DNA from: an uncultured Bacilli bacterium
Lineage (GTDB): Bacteria > Bacillota_I > Bacilli_A > RF39 > UBA660
Assembly (NCBI GenBank): GCA_934098385.1
Contig: CAKOOJ010000001.1
Span: 210,685 to 274,684 of the forward strand
Direction of reading: 5' to 3'
Length of the DNA stretch: 64,000 nucleotides
The notes beneath the pieces are model-generated. The model was not told where the DNA came from and made no database searches. It saw nothing but the letters and a program-made list of their open reading frames with translations. A program made the translations under genes and the position numbers. Of this stretch, positions 50,608 through 61,465 are shown piece after piece. Within the stretch, counting starts at the first letter, position 1. Every line of letters begins with the position of its first letter.

Positions 50608-51147
50608 TTATTTAGCTGCTTTCTTTCCTTCTTTACGTCTAATATGTTCACCCTTAAATCTAATACCTTTACCCTTATATGGTTCTGGTTTTCTAAGTTT
50701 TCTTATATTAGCTGCAAATTCAGAAACTTTTTGTTTATCAATACCACTTATAGCTATTTCAGTAGTACTAACTTGTTCTGCTTTTAAGTCACTAGGAACA
50801 ATAACTTCTACTGGATGACTAAATCCTGCGTTTACGTTAATTTTATTCCCTTGAACATTAAATCTGTATCCGACACCAACTATTTCTAATTCCTTTTTAT
50901 ATCCTTCACTAACACCAATAATCATATTTTCAATTAAGGCATTAGTAGTTCCATGTAAACTCTTAGTAGTTTTTAAATCATTTGGTCTAGTTATTGTTAA
51001 GATGTTTTCATTAACATCAATTTTCATATCTTTATTAAATGAATTTGTTAACTCTCCCTTAGGTCCTTTTACAGTAACTACATTATCATTAACTGTAACA
51101 GTAACACCTTCAGGAATATTTATTTTTCTATTTCCAATTCTGCTCAT
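50608..51147 (-). CDS. rplF: 50S ribosomal protein L6
   Basis: MSRIGNRKINIPEGVTV is the conserved L6 start. Confidence 0.95.
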   Translation of the reverse strand: MSRIGNRKINIPEGVTVTVNDNVVTVKGPKGELTNSFNKDMKIDVNENILTITRPNDLKTTKSLHGTTNALIENMIIGVSEGYKKELEIVGVGYRFNVQGNKINVNAGFSHPVEVIVPSDLKAEQVSTTEIAISGIDKQKVSEFAANIRKLRKPEPYKGKGIRFKGEHIRRKEGKKAAK

Positions 51148-51158
51148 AACACGTTTCC

Positions 51159-51557
51159 TTACCAGATATAGGCAAGTACTTCTCCTCCTAGATGTTTACT
51201 TCTAGCGTTTTTATCAGTCATAAGACCTTCTGAAGTAGAAATAATTGCAATACCTAATCCATTTAAAACTCTAGGAAGTTCATCATGTTTTGCATAAACT
51301 CTAAGTCCAGGTTTACTAATTCTTTTTAAACCAGTTATAACTCTTTCTTTCTTATCTGCACTATATTTTAAGTCTAATACCATTTCATCACCATTAACAT
51401 TTTTAGTGATTTTATAATTACTTATATAACCTTCATCTTTTAAGATTTTAGCTATTTCTTCAATCATTTTAGAACTTAACACAGTAACAGTATCATATTT
51501 CATTTGATTTGCATTACGTATTCTTGTAAGCATATCTGCTATTCTATCATTTACCAT
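51159..51557 (-). CDS. rpsH: 30S ribosomal protein S8 (start trimmed to [16 protein letters not shown])
   Basis: Conserved S8 N-terminus. The longer ORF-track start would overlap rpsN. Confidence 0.9.
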   Translation of the reverse strand: MVNDRIADMLTRIRNANQMKYDTVTVLSSKMIEEIAKILKDEGYISNYKITKNVNGDEMVLDLKYSADKKERVITGLKRISKPGLRVYAKHDELPRVLNGLGIAIISTSEGLMTDKNARSKHLGGEVLAYIW

Positions 51558-51571
51558 AATTACCTTCCTTT

Positions 51572-51757
51572 CTACCAACTAGACTTTTTAACACCAGGTA
51601 TTTGTCCTTCGTTTGCAAGTTCTCTGAAACAAATACGGCATAAACCAAATTTTCTAATAACTCCATGAGGACGTCCACATCTCTCACAACGAGTATAACT
51701 TCTTACTTTAAATTTAGGTGTACGTTTATTTTTAACTTTCATACTTGTTCTTGCCAT
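51572..51757 (-). CDS. rpsZ: 30S ribosomal protein S14 type Z (zinc-binding, 61 aa)
   Basis: CxxC…CxxC (CERCGRP…CRICFRE) and the short type-Z length. Confidence 0.95.
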   Translation of the reverse strand: MARTSMKVKNKRTPKFKVRSYTRCERCGRPHGVIRKFGLCRICFRELANEGQIPGVKKSSW

Positions 51758-51765
51758 ACATGCAC

Positions 51766-52305
51766 CTACTTTCTAAATGGCATTCCGAATCCACTTAATA
51801 ATTCTAAAGCTTCTTCGTTAGTTTCTGCAGTTGTTACAAAAACTATATCCATTCCTCTCAATTTTACTATTTCATCATAATTTATTTCTGGGAAAATTAA
51901 TTGTTCTTTAATTCCTAAAGTGTAGTTTCCAAAACCATCAAATGCTTTAGAAGAAATTCCTCTAAAATCTCTAACACGAGGAAGAGCTACTTTGATTAAT
52001 TTATCCATAAAATTATACATAGCATCCCCTCTTAAAGTTACTTTAACTCCAATAGGTTGTCCTTCTCTTAATTTAAATGCTGCTATAGACTTCTTAGCCT
52101 TTGTTATAATAGCTTTTTGTCCAGTAATAGCCTCTAAATCTTTCTTAGCTGCTTCAATGAATTTGCTATCATGAGAAGCATCTCCAACACCAATATTAAC
52201 AACTATTTTTGATAATTTTGGTACTTGCATAACAGAAGAATAATTAAATTTTTCCATTAAATTATTTTTAATTTCTGTATTATATATATTTCTTAATTCA
52301 TTCAT
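51766..52305 (-). CDS. rplE: 50S ribosomal protein L5
   Basis: Conserved L5 sequence and spc-cluster position. Confidence 0.95.
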   Translation of the reverse strand: MNELRNIYNTEIKNNLMEKFNYSSVMQVPKLSKIVVNIGVGDASHDSKFIEAAKKDLEAITGQKAIITKAKKSIAAFKLREGQPIGVKVTLRGDAMYNFMDKLIKVALPRVRDFRGISSKAFDGFGNYTLGIKEQLIFPEINYDEIVKLRGMDIVFVTTAETNEEALELLSGFGMPFRK

Positions 52306-52625
52306 TATTTTTCACCTACTTCTTTCTTAGTAGATTTTTTTGTAGTAGTTTTTTTAACTTTAGTATCTTTTACTTCAGCTTTTTTTATAGTTTTCTTATC
52401 TTCTTTTGCTTCGATAACTTTTACATTAGATACATGAATAGGTGCTTCTACACTAAGTATTCCACCAGTTTCATTCATTGCATTTGGTTTCATATGTTTT
52501 TTAACAATATTAATTCCTTCAACTACGACTTTATCTTTCTTTTTTAGAGTAAGAATAACTTTTCCTTCTTTACCTCTATCTTTTCCAGCTAAAATACGTA
52601 CTTTATCTCCAACTCTAACTTTCAT
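52305..52625 (-). CDS. rplX: 50S ribosomal protein L24 (K/T-rich C-terminal tail)
   Basis: KOW motif [19 protein letters not shown]. Confidence 0.95.
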   Translation of the reverse strand: MKVRVGDKVRILAGKDRGKEGKVILTLKKKDKVVVEGINIVKKHMKPNAMNETGGILSVEAPIHVSNVKVIEAKEDKKTIKKAEVKDTKVKKTTTKKSTKKEVGEK

Positions 52626-52633
52626 ATATCCTC

Positions 52634-53002
52634 CTATAATACTTCAGGTGCAAGTGAAACGATCTTCATATAATCTTTATCACGTAATTCCCTTGCAACT
52701 GGTCCTAGAACACGAGTTCCTACCGGACTCTTATCTTCTTTTATTAATACACATGCATTGTCACCGAATCTTATATAAGAACCATCTTTACGTCTAACGC
52801 CTTCAACACTTCTTACAATAACAGCTTTAACTACTTTACCTTTTTTTACATTTGAATTTGGTATAGCTTTTTTTACTGATGCTACTACAACATCACCTAT
52901 ATTGCCATACTTTCTTTTGCTTCCACCTAATACTCTAATAACCATTAGTTCACGAGCTCCAGAGTTATCAGCTACTTTTAATCTAGTTTGTTGTTGTATC
53001 AT
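52634..53002 (-). CDS. rplN: 50S ribosomal protein L14
   Basis: [16 protein letters not shown] is the highly conserved L14 start. Confidence 0.95.
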   Translation of the reverse strand: MIQQQTRLKVADNSGARELMVIRVLGGSKRKYGNIGDVVVASVKKAIPNSNVKKGKVVKAVIVRSVEGVRRKDGSYIRFGDNACVLIKEDKSPVGTRVLGPVARELRDKDYMKIVSLAPEVL

Positions 53003-53013
53003 AATAACCCTCC

Positions 53014-53274
53014 TTAAAGAATCACAGCTTCTTTAATAACACTTACAAGTTCATATCTCTTAGTCTTTGATAATGGACGAGTCATTGCTATTTTTACTGT
53101 GTCTCCTACTTTCGCCATATTTTTTTCATCGTGTGCACGATATTTTTTTGAATATTTTACCATCTTGTGGTATAAAGGATGTTTTCTGTGAGTTTCAACT
53201 AAAACAGTAATAGTTTTATCATTTTTATCACTTACAACACGACCTACAAGTTCAGTTCTCTTAGTCTTTTCCAT
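53014..53274 (-). CDS. rpsQ: 30S ribosomal protein S17
   Basis: Conserved S17 sequence. Confidence 0.95.
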   Translation of the reverse strand: MEKTKRTELVGRVVSDKNDKTITVLVETHRKHPLYHKMVKYSKKYRAHDEKNMAKVGDTVKIAMTRPLSKTKRYELVSVIKEAVIL

Positions 53275-53477
53275 TAGTTTTCACTCCCATCATTTTCTTT
53301 TTCTGTTAAAACAGTTTTTAATCTTGCAACATCTTTTCTTAATTTATTAATCATATGAGGTTTTTCAAGATTACCAGTAGATGCCTTCATACGAAGTTCA
53401 AATAATTCATGTTTTAATTCAACTATTTTAGTATTGATTTCTTCAACACTCATTTTTCTTATATCACTAGTTTTCAT
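53274..53477 (-). CDS. rpmC: 50S ribosomal protein L29
   Basis: Conserved L29 sequence. Confidence 0.9.
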   Translation of the reverse strand: MKTSDIRKMSVEEINTKIVELKHELFELRMKASTGNLEKPHMINKLRKDVARLKTVLTEKENDGSEN

Positions 53478-53898
53478 CTTTTACCTCACTTTCTTTCATA
53501 ACAAATTTAGTTTTTACACTTAATTTATGACTAGCAAGTCTTAAAGCTTCACGAGCAATCTCTTCGCTTACTCCAGCTATTTCAAACATAATCTTACCTT
53601 TTTTAACAACTGCTACCCATTCATCAACGTTACCTTTACCTTTACCTTGACGAGTTTCTAAAGGTTTTTTAGTTCTAGCTAAATGTGGGAAAATATTAAT
53701 CCAAACTTTTCCTCCACGTTTCATATAACGTGTCATAGCGATACGAGCTGCTTCTATTTGACGAGCACTAACGTATCCACCTTCTTTAGCTTGTAAACCA
53801 TAATCACCAAAATGTAATTCTAAGTTCCCTTTAGCTTTTCCATCATAAGTAAGTCTATGTGGTTTTCTATATTTAGTTCTTTTTGGCATTAGTGGCAT
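53467..53898 (-). CDS. rplP: 50S ribosomal protein L16
   Basis: [15 protein letters not shown] is the conserved L16 start. Confidence 0.95.
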   Translation of the reverse strand: MPLMPKRTKYRKPHRLTYDGKAKGNLELHFGDYGLQAKEGGYVSARQIEAARIAMTRYMKRGGKVWINIFPHLARTKKPLETRQGKGKGNVDEWVAVVKKGKIMFEIAGVSEEIAREALRLASHKLSVKTKFVMKESEVKDEN

Positions 53899-54550
53899 TA
53901 CGACCAGCCTCCTTTACCTTTTTATTACCAAGGATTTCTCCTTTGTAAATCCAAACTTTAACACCGATTTTACCATAAGTTGTATTAGCTTCACTTGTTG
54001 CATAATCTATATTAGCTCTAATAGTGTGTAGGGGAACTGTACCTTCTGTATAACCTTCAGTACGAGCCATTTCAGCACCAGCTAATCTTCCTGATACACT
54101 AGTTTTAATTCCTTTTGCTCCAGCTTTCATAGTATTTTTGATAGCTTTCTTTTGAACATTACGGAAATTTGCTCTATTTTCAATTTGTTTAGCAATTGAA
54201 TCAGCAACTAATTTAGCATTTAAATCAGGATTTTTTTCTTCAACTATACTTACGTATATTTCTTCATTAACTTGTTTTTTTAATGCTTTCTTTAATTTTT
54301 CGATATCTTCTCCACCACGTCCAATTACAACACCTGGTTTAGCAGTATGAATTTTAACTTCAACTTTATCTTTTCTTCTTTCGATTTCAACACTACTAAC
54401 AGCAGCATCTGATAAAGTCTTTAATAAATATTCACGAATTTTGATATCGTTATTTAATTTAACTGCATAATCTTTATCAGCAAACCAATTACTTTGCCAA
54501 TTTTTATTAACGCCTAATCTTAAACCATTAGGATTTACTTTTTGTCCCAT
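53873..54550 (-). CDS. rpsC: 30S ribosomal protein S3
   Basis: [13 protein letters not shown] plus a KH domain. Confidence 0.95.
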   Translation of the reverse strand: MGQKVNPNGLRLGVNKNWQSNWFADKDYAVKLNNDIKIREYLLKTLSDAAVSSVEIERRKDKVEVKIHTAKPGVVIGRGGEDIEKLKKALKKQVNEEIYVSIVEEKNPDLNAKLVADSIAKQIENRANFRNVQKKAIKNTMKAGAKGIKTSVSGRLAGAEMARTEGYTEGTVPLHTIRANIDYATSEANTTYGKIGVKVWIYKGEILGNKKVKEAGRNATNAKKN

Positions 54551-54897
54551 TAGTTTGCCTCCTTAACTCCGTCACTAACCTTAACAGTTATATGACTTGT
54601 TCTTTTATCTCTTCTATCAACCTTAGAACGTGATCCAATTTTAGATCTTTTAAGCACAGGTCCTGGATTGATAAAACATTCAGATATAACTAAATCTTCG
54701 AATTTCATATTATAGTTGTTAGTTGCATTAGCACATGCACTATTTAAAACTTTACTGATTAATCTACTTGATTTAGTATTAGTGTTTTTTAATATTGCCA
54801 TAGCTTCACTAGCTTTCTTTCCTCTTATTAAATCAAGAGTCATTCTAGCTTTTCTTGGAGCAACCATAGCAGATTTATGAATTGCAAAAGTTTCCAT
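54550..54897 (-). CDS. rplV: 50S ribosomal protein L22
   Basis: Conserved L22 sequence. Confidence 0.95.
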   Translation of the reverse strand: METFAIHKSAMVAPRKARMTLDLIRGKKASEAMAILKNTNTKSSRLISKVLNSACANATNNYNMKFEDLVISECFINPGPVLKRSKIGSRSKVDRRDKRTSHITVKVSDGVKEAN

Positions 54898-54911
54898 CTA
54901 ATCCTTACCTC

Positions 54912-55175
54912 CTACTTTTGTCCTGCATGTCCGCCGAATTTACGAGTTAAAGCAAATTCGCCTAATTTGTGTCCTACCATATCTTCAGTTACATAAACTG
55001 GAATAAATTCTTTACCATTATGAACTGCTATAGTATGTCCAACAAATTCAGGAAAGATTGTTGAACGACGAGACCAAGTTTTAACAACTTCTTTTTTATT
55101 TTCTTCATTTAATTTTTCGATCTTTTTCATTAGATGTCCATCTACGAAAGGACCTTTTTTAATACTTCTTGCCAT
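54912..55175 (-). CDS. rpsS: 30S ribosomal protein S19
   Basis: [12 protein letters not shown] is the conserved S19 start. Confidence 0.95.
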   Translation of the reverse strand: MARSIKKGPFVDGHLMKKIEKLNEENKKEVVKTWSRRSTIFPEFVGHTIAVHNGKEFIPVYVTEDMVGHKLGEFALTRKFGGHAGQK

Positions 55176-55190
55176 TTAAACACACTCTCC

Positions 55191-56021
55191 TTATTTCTTT
55201 CTCTTACTAACGATTAATTTGTTAGAAGCTTTCTTATTTTTACGAGTTTTAAGTCCAAGAGCTGGTTTACCCCAAGGAGTAACAGGCCCTTTTCTTCCTA
55301 TTGGTGTACGTCCTTCACCACCACCATGTGGATGGTCGTTAGGGTTCATTACACTACCACGGTTAGTAGGTCTAATTCCCATATGACGAGTACGTCCTGC
55401 TTTACCGATGTTAACAAGTTCATAGTCTTCATTACCAACCACACCAACTGTAGCCATACAAGTACCTAACACTAATCTTGTTTCACCACTTTGTAGACGA
55501 ATCATAACATATTTATCTTCTCTACCTAATATTTGAGCACTACTTCCTGCAGATCTCGCAAGACTAGCACCTTTACCTGGATTTAATTCAATATTGTGAA
55601 TAACTGTACCAACTGGAATATTCTTAATCATCATTGCATTACCAACTTTGATATCTACAGCTTCTCCACTTTCAACTATCATACCTACTTTTAAATCTTT
55701 AGGAGCGATAATATATCTTTTTTCTCCATCTTTATAAGTAAGTAATGCTATATTTGCACTACGATTTGGATCGTATTCAATAGTTGTAACTCTAGCAGGT
55801 ATTCCAAATTTATTTCTTTTAAAATCTATTAATCTGTATTTTCTTTTAGCTCCTCCACCAATGTGTTGAACTGTCATTCTACCTTGATTATTTCTACCAC
55901 CAGTTTTAGTCTTTTTAACTAATAAACTTTTAGTAGGCTTACTAGTAGTTAACTCTTCATTAGCTAAAGTACTCATACCTCTACGACCATTAGTCGTTGG
56001 TTTATATTTTTTTATAGCCAT
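55191..56021 (-). CDS. rplB: 50S ribosomal protein L2
   Basis: [17 protein letters not shown] is the conserved L2 start. Confidence 0.95.
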   Translation of the reverse strand: MAIKKYKPTTNGRRGMSTLANEELTTSKPTKSLLVKKTKTGGRNNQGRMTVQHIGGGAKRKYRLIDFKRNKFGIPARVTTIEYDPNRSANIALLTYKDGEKRYIIAPKDLKVGMIVESGEAVDIKVGNAMMIKNIPVGTVIHNIELNPGKGASLARSAGSSAQILGREDKYVMIRLQSGETRLVLGTCMATVGVVGNEDYELVNIGKAGRTRHMGIRPTNRGSVMNPNDHPHGGGEGRTPIGRKGPVTPWGKPALGLKTRKNKKASNKLIVSKRKK

Positions 56022-56034
56022 TATTTACACCGCC

Positions 56035-56310
56035 TTACATTTCTATAGCTTGACCGTCAACTAAAGTAACGTAAGCTTTCTTATAAGTCTTAGTCTTCCC
56101 AGTATACTTACCAACTCTTTTATCTTTTGCTTTAGTATTAAGTGTATTAACACTCTTAACTTTAACATTAAATAAATCTTCAATAGCAAGTTTTATTTGA
56201 GTTTTATTAGCACGCGCATCAACTTTAAATACATAAGTTTTACCATCAGTAGCTAATACTTGACTTTTTTCAGTTATAACTGGTGCAATAATAATTTCAC
56301 TATTCATCAT
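56035..56310 (-). CDS. rplW: 50S ribosomal protein L23
   Basis: Conserved L23 sequence. Confidence 0.9.
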   Translation of the reverse strand: MMNSEIIIAPVITEKSQVLATDGKTYVFKVDARANKTQIKLAIEDLFNVKVKSVNTLNTKAKDKRVGKYTGKTKTYKKAYVTLVDGQAIEM

Positions 56311-56933
56311 TATTTAAGCACCTCCTCTATATATTTAACTGCTCCTTCTTCAATTACCATAGTATCAGCATTAACAATGTCATAAACATTTAATTCATTA
56401 GCCATTAATACTAAAGCGTATCCTAAATTTCTAGTAGCTAAATATAAATTTTCAGCATCATTTTCAGTAACAAATAATACTTTACCAGCTAATTTTAAAT
56501 CAGCCATTAATTTCTTAATATCTTTAGTTTTAACACTATCAATATTTAAATTATCAACTACAACTAATTCTTTATTATTAACTTTATCAGTTAATGCAGA
56601 ACGAATTGCAAGTCCTCTTTCCTTTTTATTCATTTTGAAAGTATAACTTCTTGGAGTAACACCAAATACAACTCCACCACCTCTATAATGAGGAGCACGA
56701 ATAGTACCTTGTCTTGCGTTACCAGTACCTTTTTGTCTATATGGTTTTCTTCCTCCACCGCTAACTTCACCACGAGTTTTAGTTTTATGTGTACCTTGTC
56801 TTAAAGATGCAAGTTGTAAATCAATTGCTTTCTTTAAAACGATATCATTAGTTTCAATTTTCCAAATACTATCATTAAGTTTTAAATCACTAGTTTTTTC
56901 ACCCTTAAGGTTAATAACATCTATTTTTGCCAT
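56310..56933 (-). CDS. rplD: 50S ribosomal protein L4
   Basis: Conserved L4 sequence. Confidence 0.95.
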   Translation of the reverse strand: MAKIDVINLKGEKTSDLKLNDSIWKIETNDIVLKKAIDLQLASLRQGTHKTKTRGEVSGGGRKPYRQKGTGNARQGTIRAPHYRGGGVVFGVTPRSYTFKMNKKERGLAIRSALTDKVNNKELVVVDNLNIDSVKTKDIKKLMADLKLAGKVLFVTENDAENLYLATRNLGYALVLMANELNVYDIVNADTMVIEEGAVKYIEEVLK

Positions 56934-56956
56934 TATAAATCTCCTTTCGACTGAAG

Positions 56957-57721
56957 TTATGCTTCAGTAGTTTCCTCGATTTCTTTAGTTTCAGTAGTAT
57001 CTTCTACGTTAGTATCTTCTACTACTTCTTCTACTGTATCAACAACAGTTTCTTCTTCAACTTCGTATTTAACTAGTTCTTTAGGTTCAACTTTCTTGTT
57101 TCCTTTAACAGCAGATTTGATTAAAACTAATGAATTCTTTGCTCCTGGAACATTTCCACTAACTAAAATGTAGTTATCATTTGCGTTAACTTCAATAATT
57201 TCAAGATTTTGAATAGTAACTGTTTCACTTCCCATGTGTCCAGCTAACTTTTTACCCTTTAATACTCTCATTGGTCTCATAGTTCCCATTGAACCTGGTC
57301 TTCTATGATATCTTGAACCATGTGTTTCTGGTCCACGAGATTGGTTATGACGTTTAATTACACCAGCAAATCCTTTACCTTTACTAGTACCAGTAACATC
57401 AACCTTTTCTCCAGCTTCGAATGTGTCGGCTTTTATAGTACTTCCTAATTCGTAAGTTGTTGTATCTTCAACTCTGATTTCTTTTAAGAAGCGCTTAGGA
57501 GCAACACCTGCTTTTTTAGCATGTCCTATTTCTTGTTTTGTAGCATGTTTTTCCTTTTTATCAACAACGCCTAATTGAACAGCATTATAACCATCAGTAT
57601 CAACTGTTTTAATTTGAGTTATAACATTTGGTTCAACAGATATTACTGTAACAGGAATAACTTTACCATCAGTCGTAAATTTTTCGGTCATACCGATTTT
57701 ACGTCCTAAGATTCCTTTCAT
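56957..57721 (-). CDS. rplC: 50S ribosomal protein L3 with a ~45-aa acidic C-terminal tail (start trimmed to [12 protein letters not shown])
   Basis: Conserved L3 core. The C-terminus reads …[35 protein letters not shown]. Confidence 0.9.
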   Translation of the reverse strand: MKGILGRKIGMTEKFTTDGKVIPVTVISVEPNVITQIKTVDTDGYNAVQLGVVDKKEKHATKQEIGHAKKAGVAPKRFLKEIRVEDTTTYELGSTIKADTFEAGEKVDVTGTSKGKGFAGVIKRHNQSRGPETHGSRYHRRPGSMGTMRPMRVLKGKKLAGHMGSETVTIQNLEIIEVNANDNYILVSGNVPGAKNSLVLIKSAVKGNKKVEPKELVKYEVEEETVVDTVEEVVEDTNVEDTTETKEIEETTEA

Positions 57722-57736
57722 TTCTTTTCCCTCCAA

Positions 57737-58042
57737 CTATTTTGTTTCTATTTTTACATCAACACCACTTGGAACATCTAAGTGAGTTAAAGCATCAATA
57801 ACTTCCTTACTAGGATTCTTTATATCAATAAGTCTTTTATGAGTACGTCTTTCAAATTGTTCTCTACTATCCTTATATTTATGTACCGCTCTTAATACAG
57901 TGAATTTTTCAATTTCTGTAGGAAGAGGAATTGGTCCAGATATTTCTCCACCAATTCTTTTAATAGTAGTAACAATCTTACCAGCTGTATCATCAAGTAC
58001 TTTATGATCATAAGCTTTTAATCTAATTCTTACTTTTGACAT
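57737..58042 (-). CDS. rpsJ: 30S ribosomal protein S10 (start assigned to the internal [13 protein letters not shown] Met)
   Basis: Conserved S10 sequence. The 26 residues upstream in the ORF are not S10-like. Confidence 0.9.
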   Translation of the reverse strand: MSKVRIRLKAYDHKVLDDTAGKIVTTIKRIGGEISGPIPLPTEIEKFTVLRAVHKYKDSREQFERRTHKRLIDIKNPSKEVIDALTHLDVPSGVDVKIETK

Positions 58043-58207
58043 TTTATATGTCCTCCCTTCGTTTATATCTTTGTATAAACATAGCTCCGATACGAATTTC
58101 CCAACGCCTAAACAAATTAACAACTCCGCCTAGTGTATCAGCCACCTCGCACATCATAGCCAAATGAATACAAAATAAATTATATACTAATCTTAGTAAA
58201 TATGCAA
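58043..58207 (-). promoter_or_regulatory. S10 operon promoter (TTGCAT, 17 nt, TATAAT at 58179..58207) and a GC-enriched structured leader
   Basis: Consensus-like sigma-A hexamers on the minus strand. The leader contains GC-rich paired segments (…GGCTATGATGTGCGAGGTGGCTGATACACTAGGCGGAGTTG…) that are atypical for the AT-rich surroundings. Confidence 0.5.
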
Positions 58208-58293
58208 GCAAAAATCACACTTTTTTTAAAAAAAGTTGAATTTTTTTTAAAATATTAAAATATAAAAGAAAAATAACCACATTTAATGGCTAT

Positions 58294-59193
58294 TTATACT
58301 TCTTTTTTACTATTAAATACTTTTAATTTTTGTAATCCAGCAACTACTACTCCACCTATTACAAAGAATAATATATTAAAATTACTAAAATTAATTGCAT
58401 CAACTGGATTATCTAATGTTGTCGGACCCATAATAATTGAATAAATTGACCCAATCATTAATCCTATTATTAAATATACAGTAGCACATCTATAATTATC
58501 TAATGCTTTTTTAAGCAACTTAATAATTGATAATATTCCAGTTATTACACCTAAACCAAAAATGAAAAGTCCCCAGAATGATGAAAAATTAAAATGCATC
58601 AAATCTTTTATACCAGTAATAATTGGTAAATACAATCCAAATATTAAAAGTAATGTTGAACCAGATATACCAGGTAATATCATAGCACTTATTGCTATCA
58701 TTCCAACTATAAATATATATATACTATGACTTAATGTTAATTTAGTTAAAGACATATCTGCTAACTTAGTACTATTAAAGTATGTTATTAAAAATACAAT
58801 TACAATACCAAGTATTAAAAATAATATATTTAAATAATTCCTTTTCAAAGTATCTTTTTCTTCTTTAATAATAATAGGTATTGAAATAAGAATAAATCCT
58901 ATAAACAATGAAGATACTTTATATATATGACTTTCAAACACACTTGTAAGTATTAAAACAGAAAGTCCCATACCTACTATCCAACCTATTCCTAGCTTAA
59001 ATAAATATTTAATTCCATCCATTCTTTTTTCTCTATGCAATAATGAATCTAATGCATTAATAAAATTATCATAGAAACCTAACAAAAATGCTATTGTTCC
59101 ACCAGAAACTCCTGGCACACTATCTGCTAACGCCATCATAAATCCATTAAAAAAATTTACTAAATATTCCTTTACTTTTTTCATAACTACCAT
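58294..59193 (-). CDS. DUF368-family polytopic membrane protein (PopT-type polyprenyl-phosphate transporter family)
   Basis: Duplicated G(V/I)SGxT motifs (PGVSGGTIAFLLGFYD and PGISGSTLLLIFGLY) across ~8 TM helices. Confidence 0.65.
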   Translation of the reverse strand: MVVMKKVKEYLVNFFNGFMMALADSVPGVSGGTIAFLLGFYDNFINALDSLLHREKRMDGIKYLFKLGIGWIVGMGLSVLILTSVFESHIYKVSSLFIGFILISIPIIIKEEKDTLKRNYLNILFLILGIVIVFLITYFNSTKLADMSLTKLTLSHSIYIFIVGMIAISAMILPGISGSTLLLIFGLYLPIITGIKDLMHFNFSSFWGLFIFGLGVITGILSIIKLLKKALDNYRCATVYLIIGLMIGSIYSIIMGPTTLDNPVDAINFSNFNILFFVIGGVVVAGLQKLKVFNSKKEV

Positions 59194-59243
59194 CCTTCTT
59201 GATAATTATATCAATACATGTATAAGAATATCAATAGTAAATT

Positions 59244-59693
59244 TTATACCTCAGTAATAAATAAATAATTCAATTCATCTACAACATAATTGTTATCATT
59301 AGACAATATATCTACATCATAAACTTTCGTTTCATATTTATTAAAATCAATATTATCTATAACATAATAAATAAAATTATCATCAACGCTATTTTTGAAT
59401 TCACTTAAATCAAATTCATTTCCATTAATTAACAATTTAGTATTATCAACAACGTATTCATTTTTATTAACTCTTAATATTAAATTTTTATTATTATTAC
59501 TTTTACTTACATTATGCATAACTAATTTATTATCTTCATAATAAACTTCTACTTCTTTTAAATTATTATATTTCTTTAATTCTAAATATTTAGTTTTATC
59601 AAAATTATCCCACAACGCATAACTAAATATTGCAATAAATATAGACAAACACATTTCAAGTAGAATCATAAAAAATTCTTTATAAAAATTCAT
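59244..59693 (-). CDS. hypothetical membrane-anchored protein
   Basis: A single N-terminal TM helix followed by an N/D/Y-rich domain. Confidence 0.4.
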   Translation of the reverse strand: MNFYKEFFMILLEMCLSIFIAIFSYALWDNFDKTKYLELKKYNNLKEVEVYYEDNKLVMHNVSKSNNNKNLILRVNKNEYVVDNTKLLINGNEFDLSEFKNSVDDNFIYYVIDNIDFNKYETKVYDVDILSNDNNYVVDELNYLFITEV

Positions 59694-59793
59694 ATATACT
59701 AACCCCCATTTATATATATAAAAATGTATGTACCAACCTCAATCAACACATACATTATAACACTTTTGTTCGCTTTTGTCAAAATCAATACTT

Positions 59794-60924
59794 CTATTTA
59801 AATAAAATAATAGTTAAGAAAATAATCAATATCATTAAACAAATTATTCCATTAATACTATCTTTTTTATCACTTTTGTTTTCTATTCCTACTGCCATAG
59901 TTGATAACAAACCTCCAACTAATCCACCTATATGTGCAGAAACATCTATATTAGGAATAATAAATCCTATACCCAAATTTAATATCAAAAGCGGTATAAT
60001 TTGACTTTTTATTACACTACCCAAATATATTCTGTAATGATATCCAAAATATATTAAACTTCCAATAAGTCCAAATATTGCTCCACTTGCTCCAACACTC
60101 CAACTATTAGACATAACACAAGATAATAAACTACCAGTTATCATACTAATAAAATATACTATAACAAATTTCTTTTTTCCTATAAAAGTTTCTAACTGAG
60201 TACCTATAATGTATAAAGAATACATATTACAAAATAAATGTATTATATCTGCATGTAAAAAACCACAAGTAATTAATCTATATATTTCCCCGCTTTTTAC
60301 ATAATATTTATTTAATGCAAAATTTGTAAAAACATCATATATACCAGTTTCACTTAATAGAAATGATAATACAAACACAATAATATTTATTAAAATAAGA
60401 ACTTTTGTAGCAACTATTTTTTTAGGACTAAATACCTTTTCATAAAATTCATTTTCTTTTTCAGTTTTATTATTAATATCATTTGATACATTAATTAAAA
60501 AATCTAATCCATGTAAATCTTTTATCTCCTCTTCATTAATTTTAGGAAATAAATTAATTACATCTTCTTTATTTAAATCATTATTATTTCTTATTATTAT
60601 ATTATCTATATTTTTATTATTATCTATTTTAACCTCATCATTTATATCGGTTAATATATTTAATGTTTTTAACTTTCTAGATAAAGTTTTCTTTTTTATT
60701 TGTTTACCTACATTATTTATCTTATATAAATCTAATTCAAATTGTTCATTATTATGTATATAATTTGAATTAATTCTAACTATTTTATAATTAGCATCTA
60801 AATTTTCTAACCATATTTCATTCTTCACCCCATTTACTAATATTGGAGCATAATTTTCTTTTGTAACAAAATAATGTACTAATTTCATTATTAATTCATC
60901 TTTATCATCAAATGGTATATTCAT
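59794..60924 (-). CDS. rhomboid-family intramembrane serine protease with an N-terminal cytoplasmic domain
   Basis: GASGAIFGL (GxSG) in TM4 and a catalytic His in TM6 (AHIGG). Six TM helices in the C-terminal half. Confidence 0.8.
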   Translation of the reverse strand: MNIPFDDKDELIMKLVHYFVTKENYAPILVNGVKNEIWLENLDANYKIVRINSNYIHNNEQFELDLYKINNVGKQIKKKTLSRKLKTLNILTDINDEVKIDNNKNIDNIIIRNNNDLNKEDVINLFPKINEEEIKDLHGLDFLINVSNDINNKTEKENEFYEKVFSPKKIVATKVLILINIIVFVLSFLLSETGIYDVFTNFALNKYYVKSGEIYRLITCGFLHADIIHLFCNMYSLYIIGTQLETFIGKKKFVIVYFISMITGSLLSCVMSNSWSVGASGAIFGLIGSLIYFGYHYRIYLGSVIKSQIIPLLILNLGIGFIIPNIDVSAHIGGLVGGLLSTMAVGIENKSDKKDSINGIICLMILIIFLTIILFK

Positions 60925-60988
60925 GTATAAACACCTTCCTGCATATATATTTTATAACAAAGTAACATTTTAGTAAAGGAGATTATAT

Positions 60989-61324
60989 ATGAAAAAATAT
61001 TTGTCATTTTTTATTTTATTTATACCATGGCTATTTTCTCTATCTATACTATCTTTTATAAATCAGTTTAACTGTTTTACTATTTATTACTATCTAATAT
61101 CTATTATATTTTATATTTCTATATCATTATATATATATACTAAGGTAGAAAACAACTATTATAATGATTTTTTACTAAATATTATTCTACTATATATAAC
61201 ACACCAATCACTTAATTTTATTATATTTTATTATGAAAACTTATTTAGTTCTATATTATTTGGTATATCACAATTATTTATTTTATTAAAAATGTTTATG
61301 GAAGATAAAACCTTTTTCACTTAA
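60989..61324 (+). CDS. small hydrophobic membrane protein, hypothetical
   Basis: A good SD (AAAGGAG) 8 nt upstream of the ATG. About 4 TM helices. Confidence 0.4.
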   Translation: MKKYLSFFILFIPWLFSLSILSFINQFNCFTIYYYLISIIFYISISLYIYTKVENNYYNDFLLNIILLYITHQSLNFIIFYYENLFSSILFGISQLFILLKMFMEDKTFFT

Positions 61325-61465
61325 CTATCACTTATAAAACTTTAATATAAAAAAAGAATTGCAATATATATTAGACGCTCATTTATAATGTAAAATGGCA
61401 CCCATAAATTTCACAATTCAGTTTTTATGCGATAAGAAAAAGACTATAATAGCCTCTTAGAAATT

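Noticed and set aside
57737-58123. A 26-aa N-terminal extension on S10 and a 5-aa extension on L3 as annotated by the ORF track
   Set aside because: Internal Mets give canonical S10 and L3 N-termini with proper spacing. The extensions are not conserved-looking and would overlap leader or upstream gene regions.
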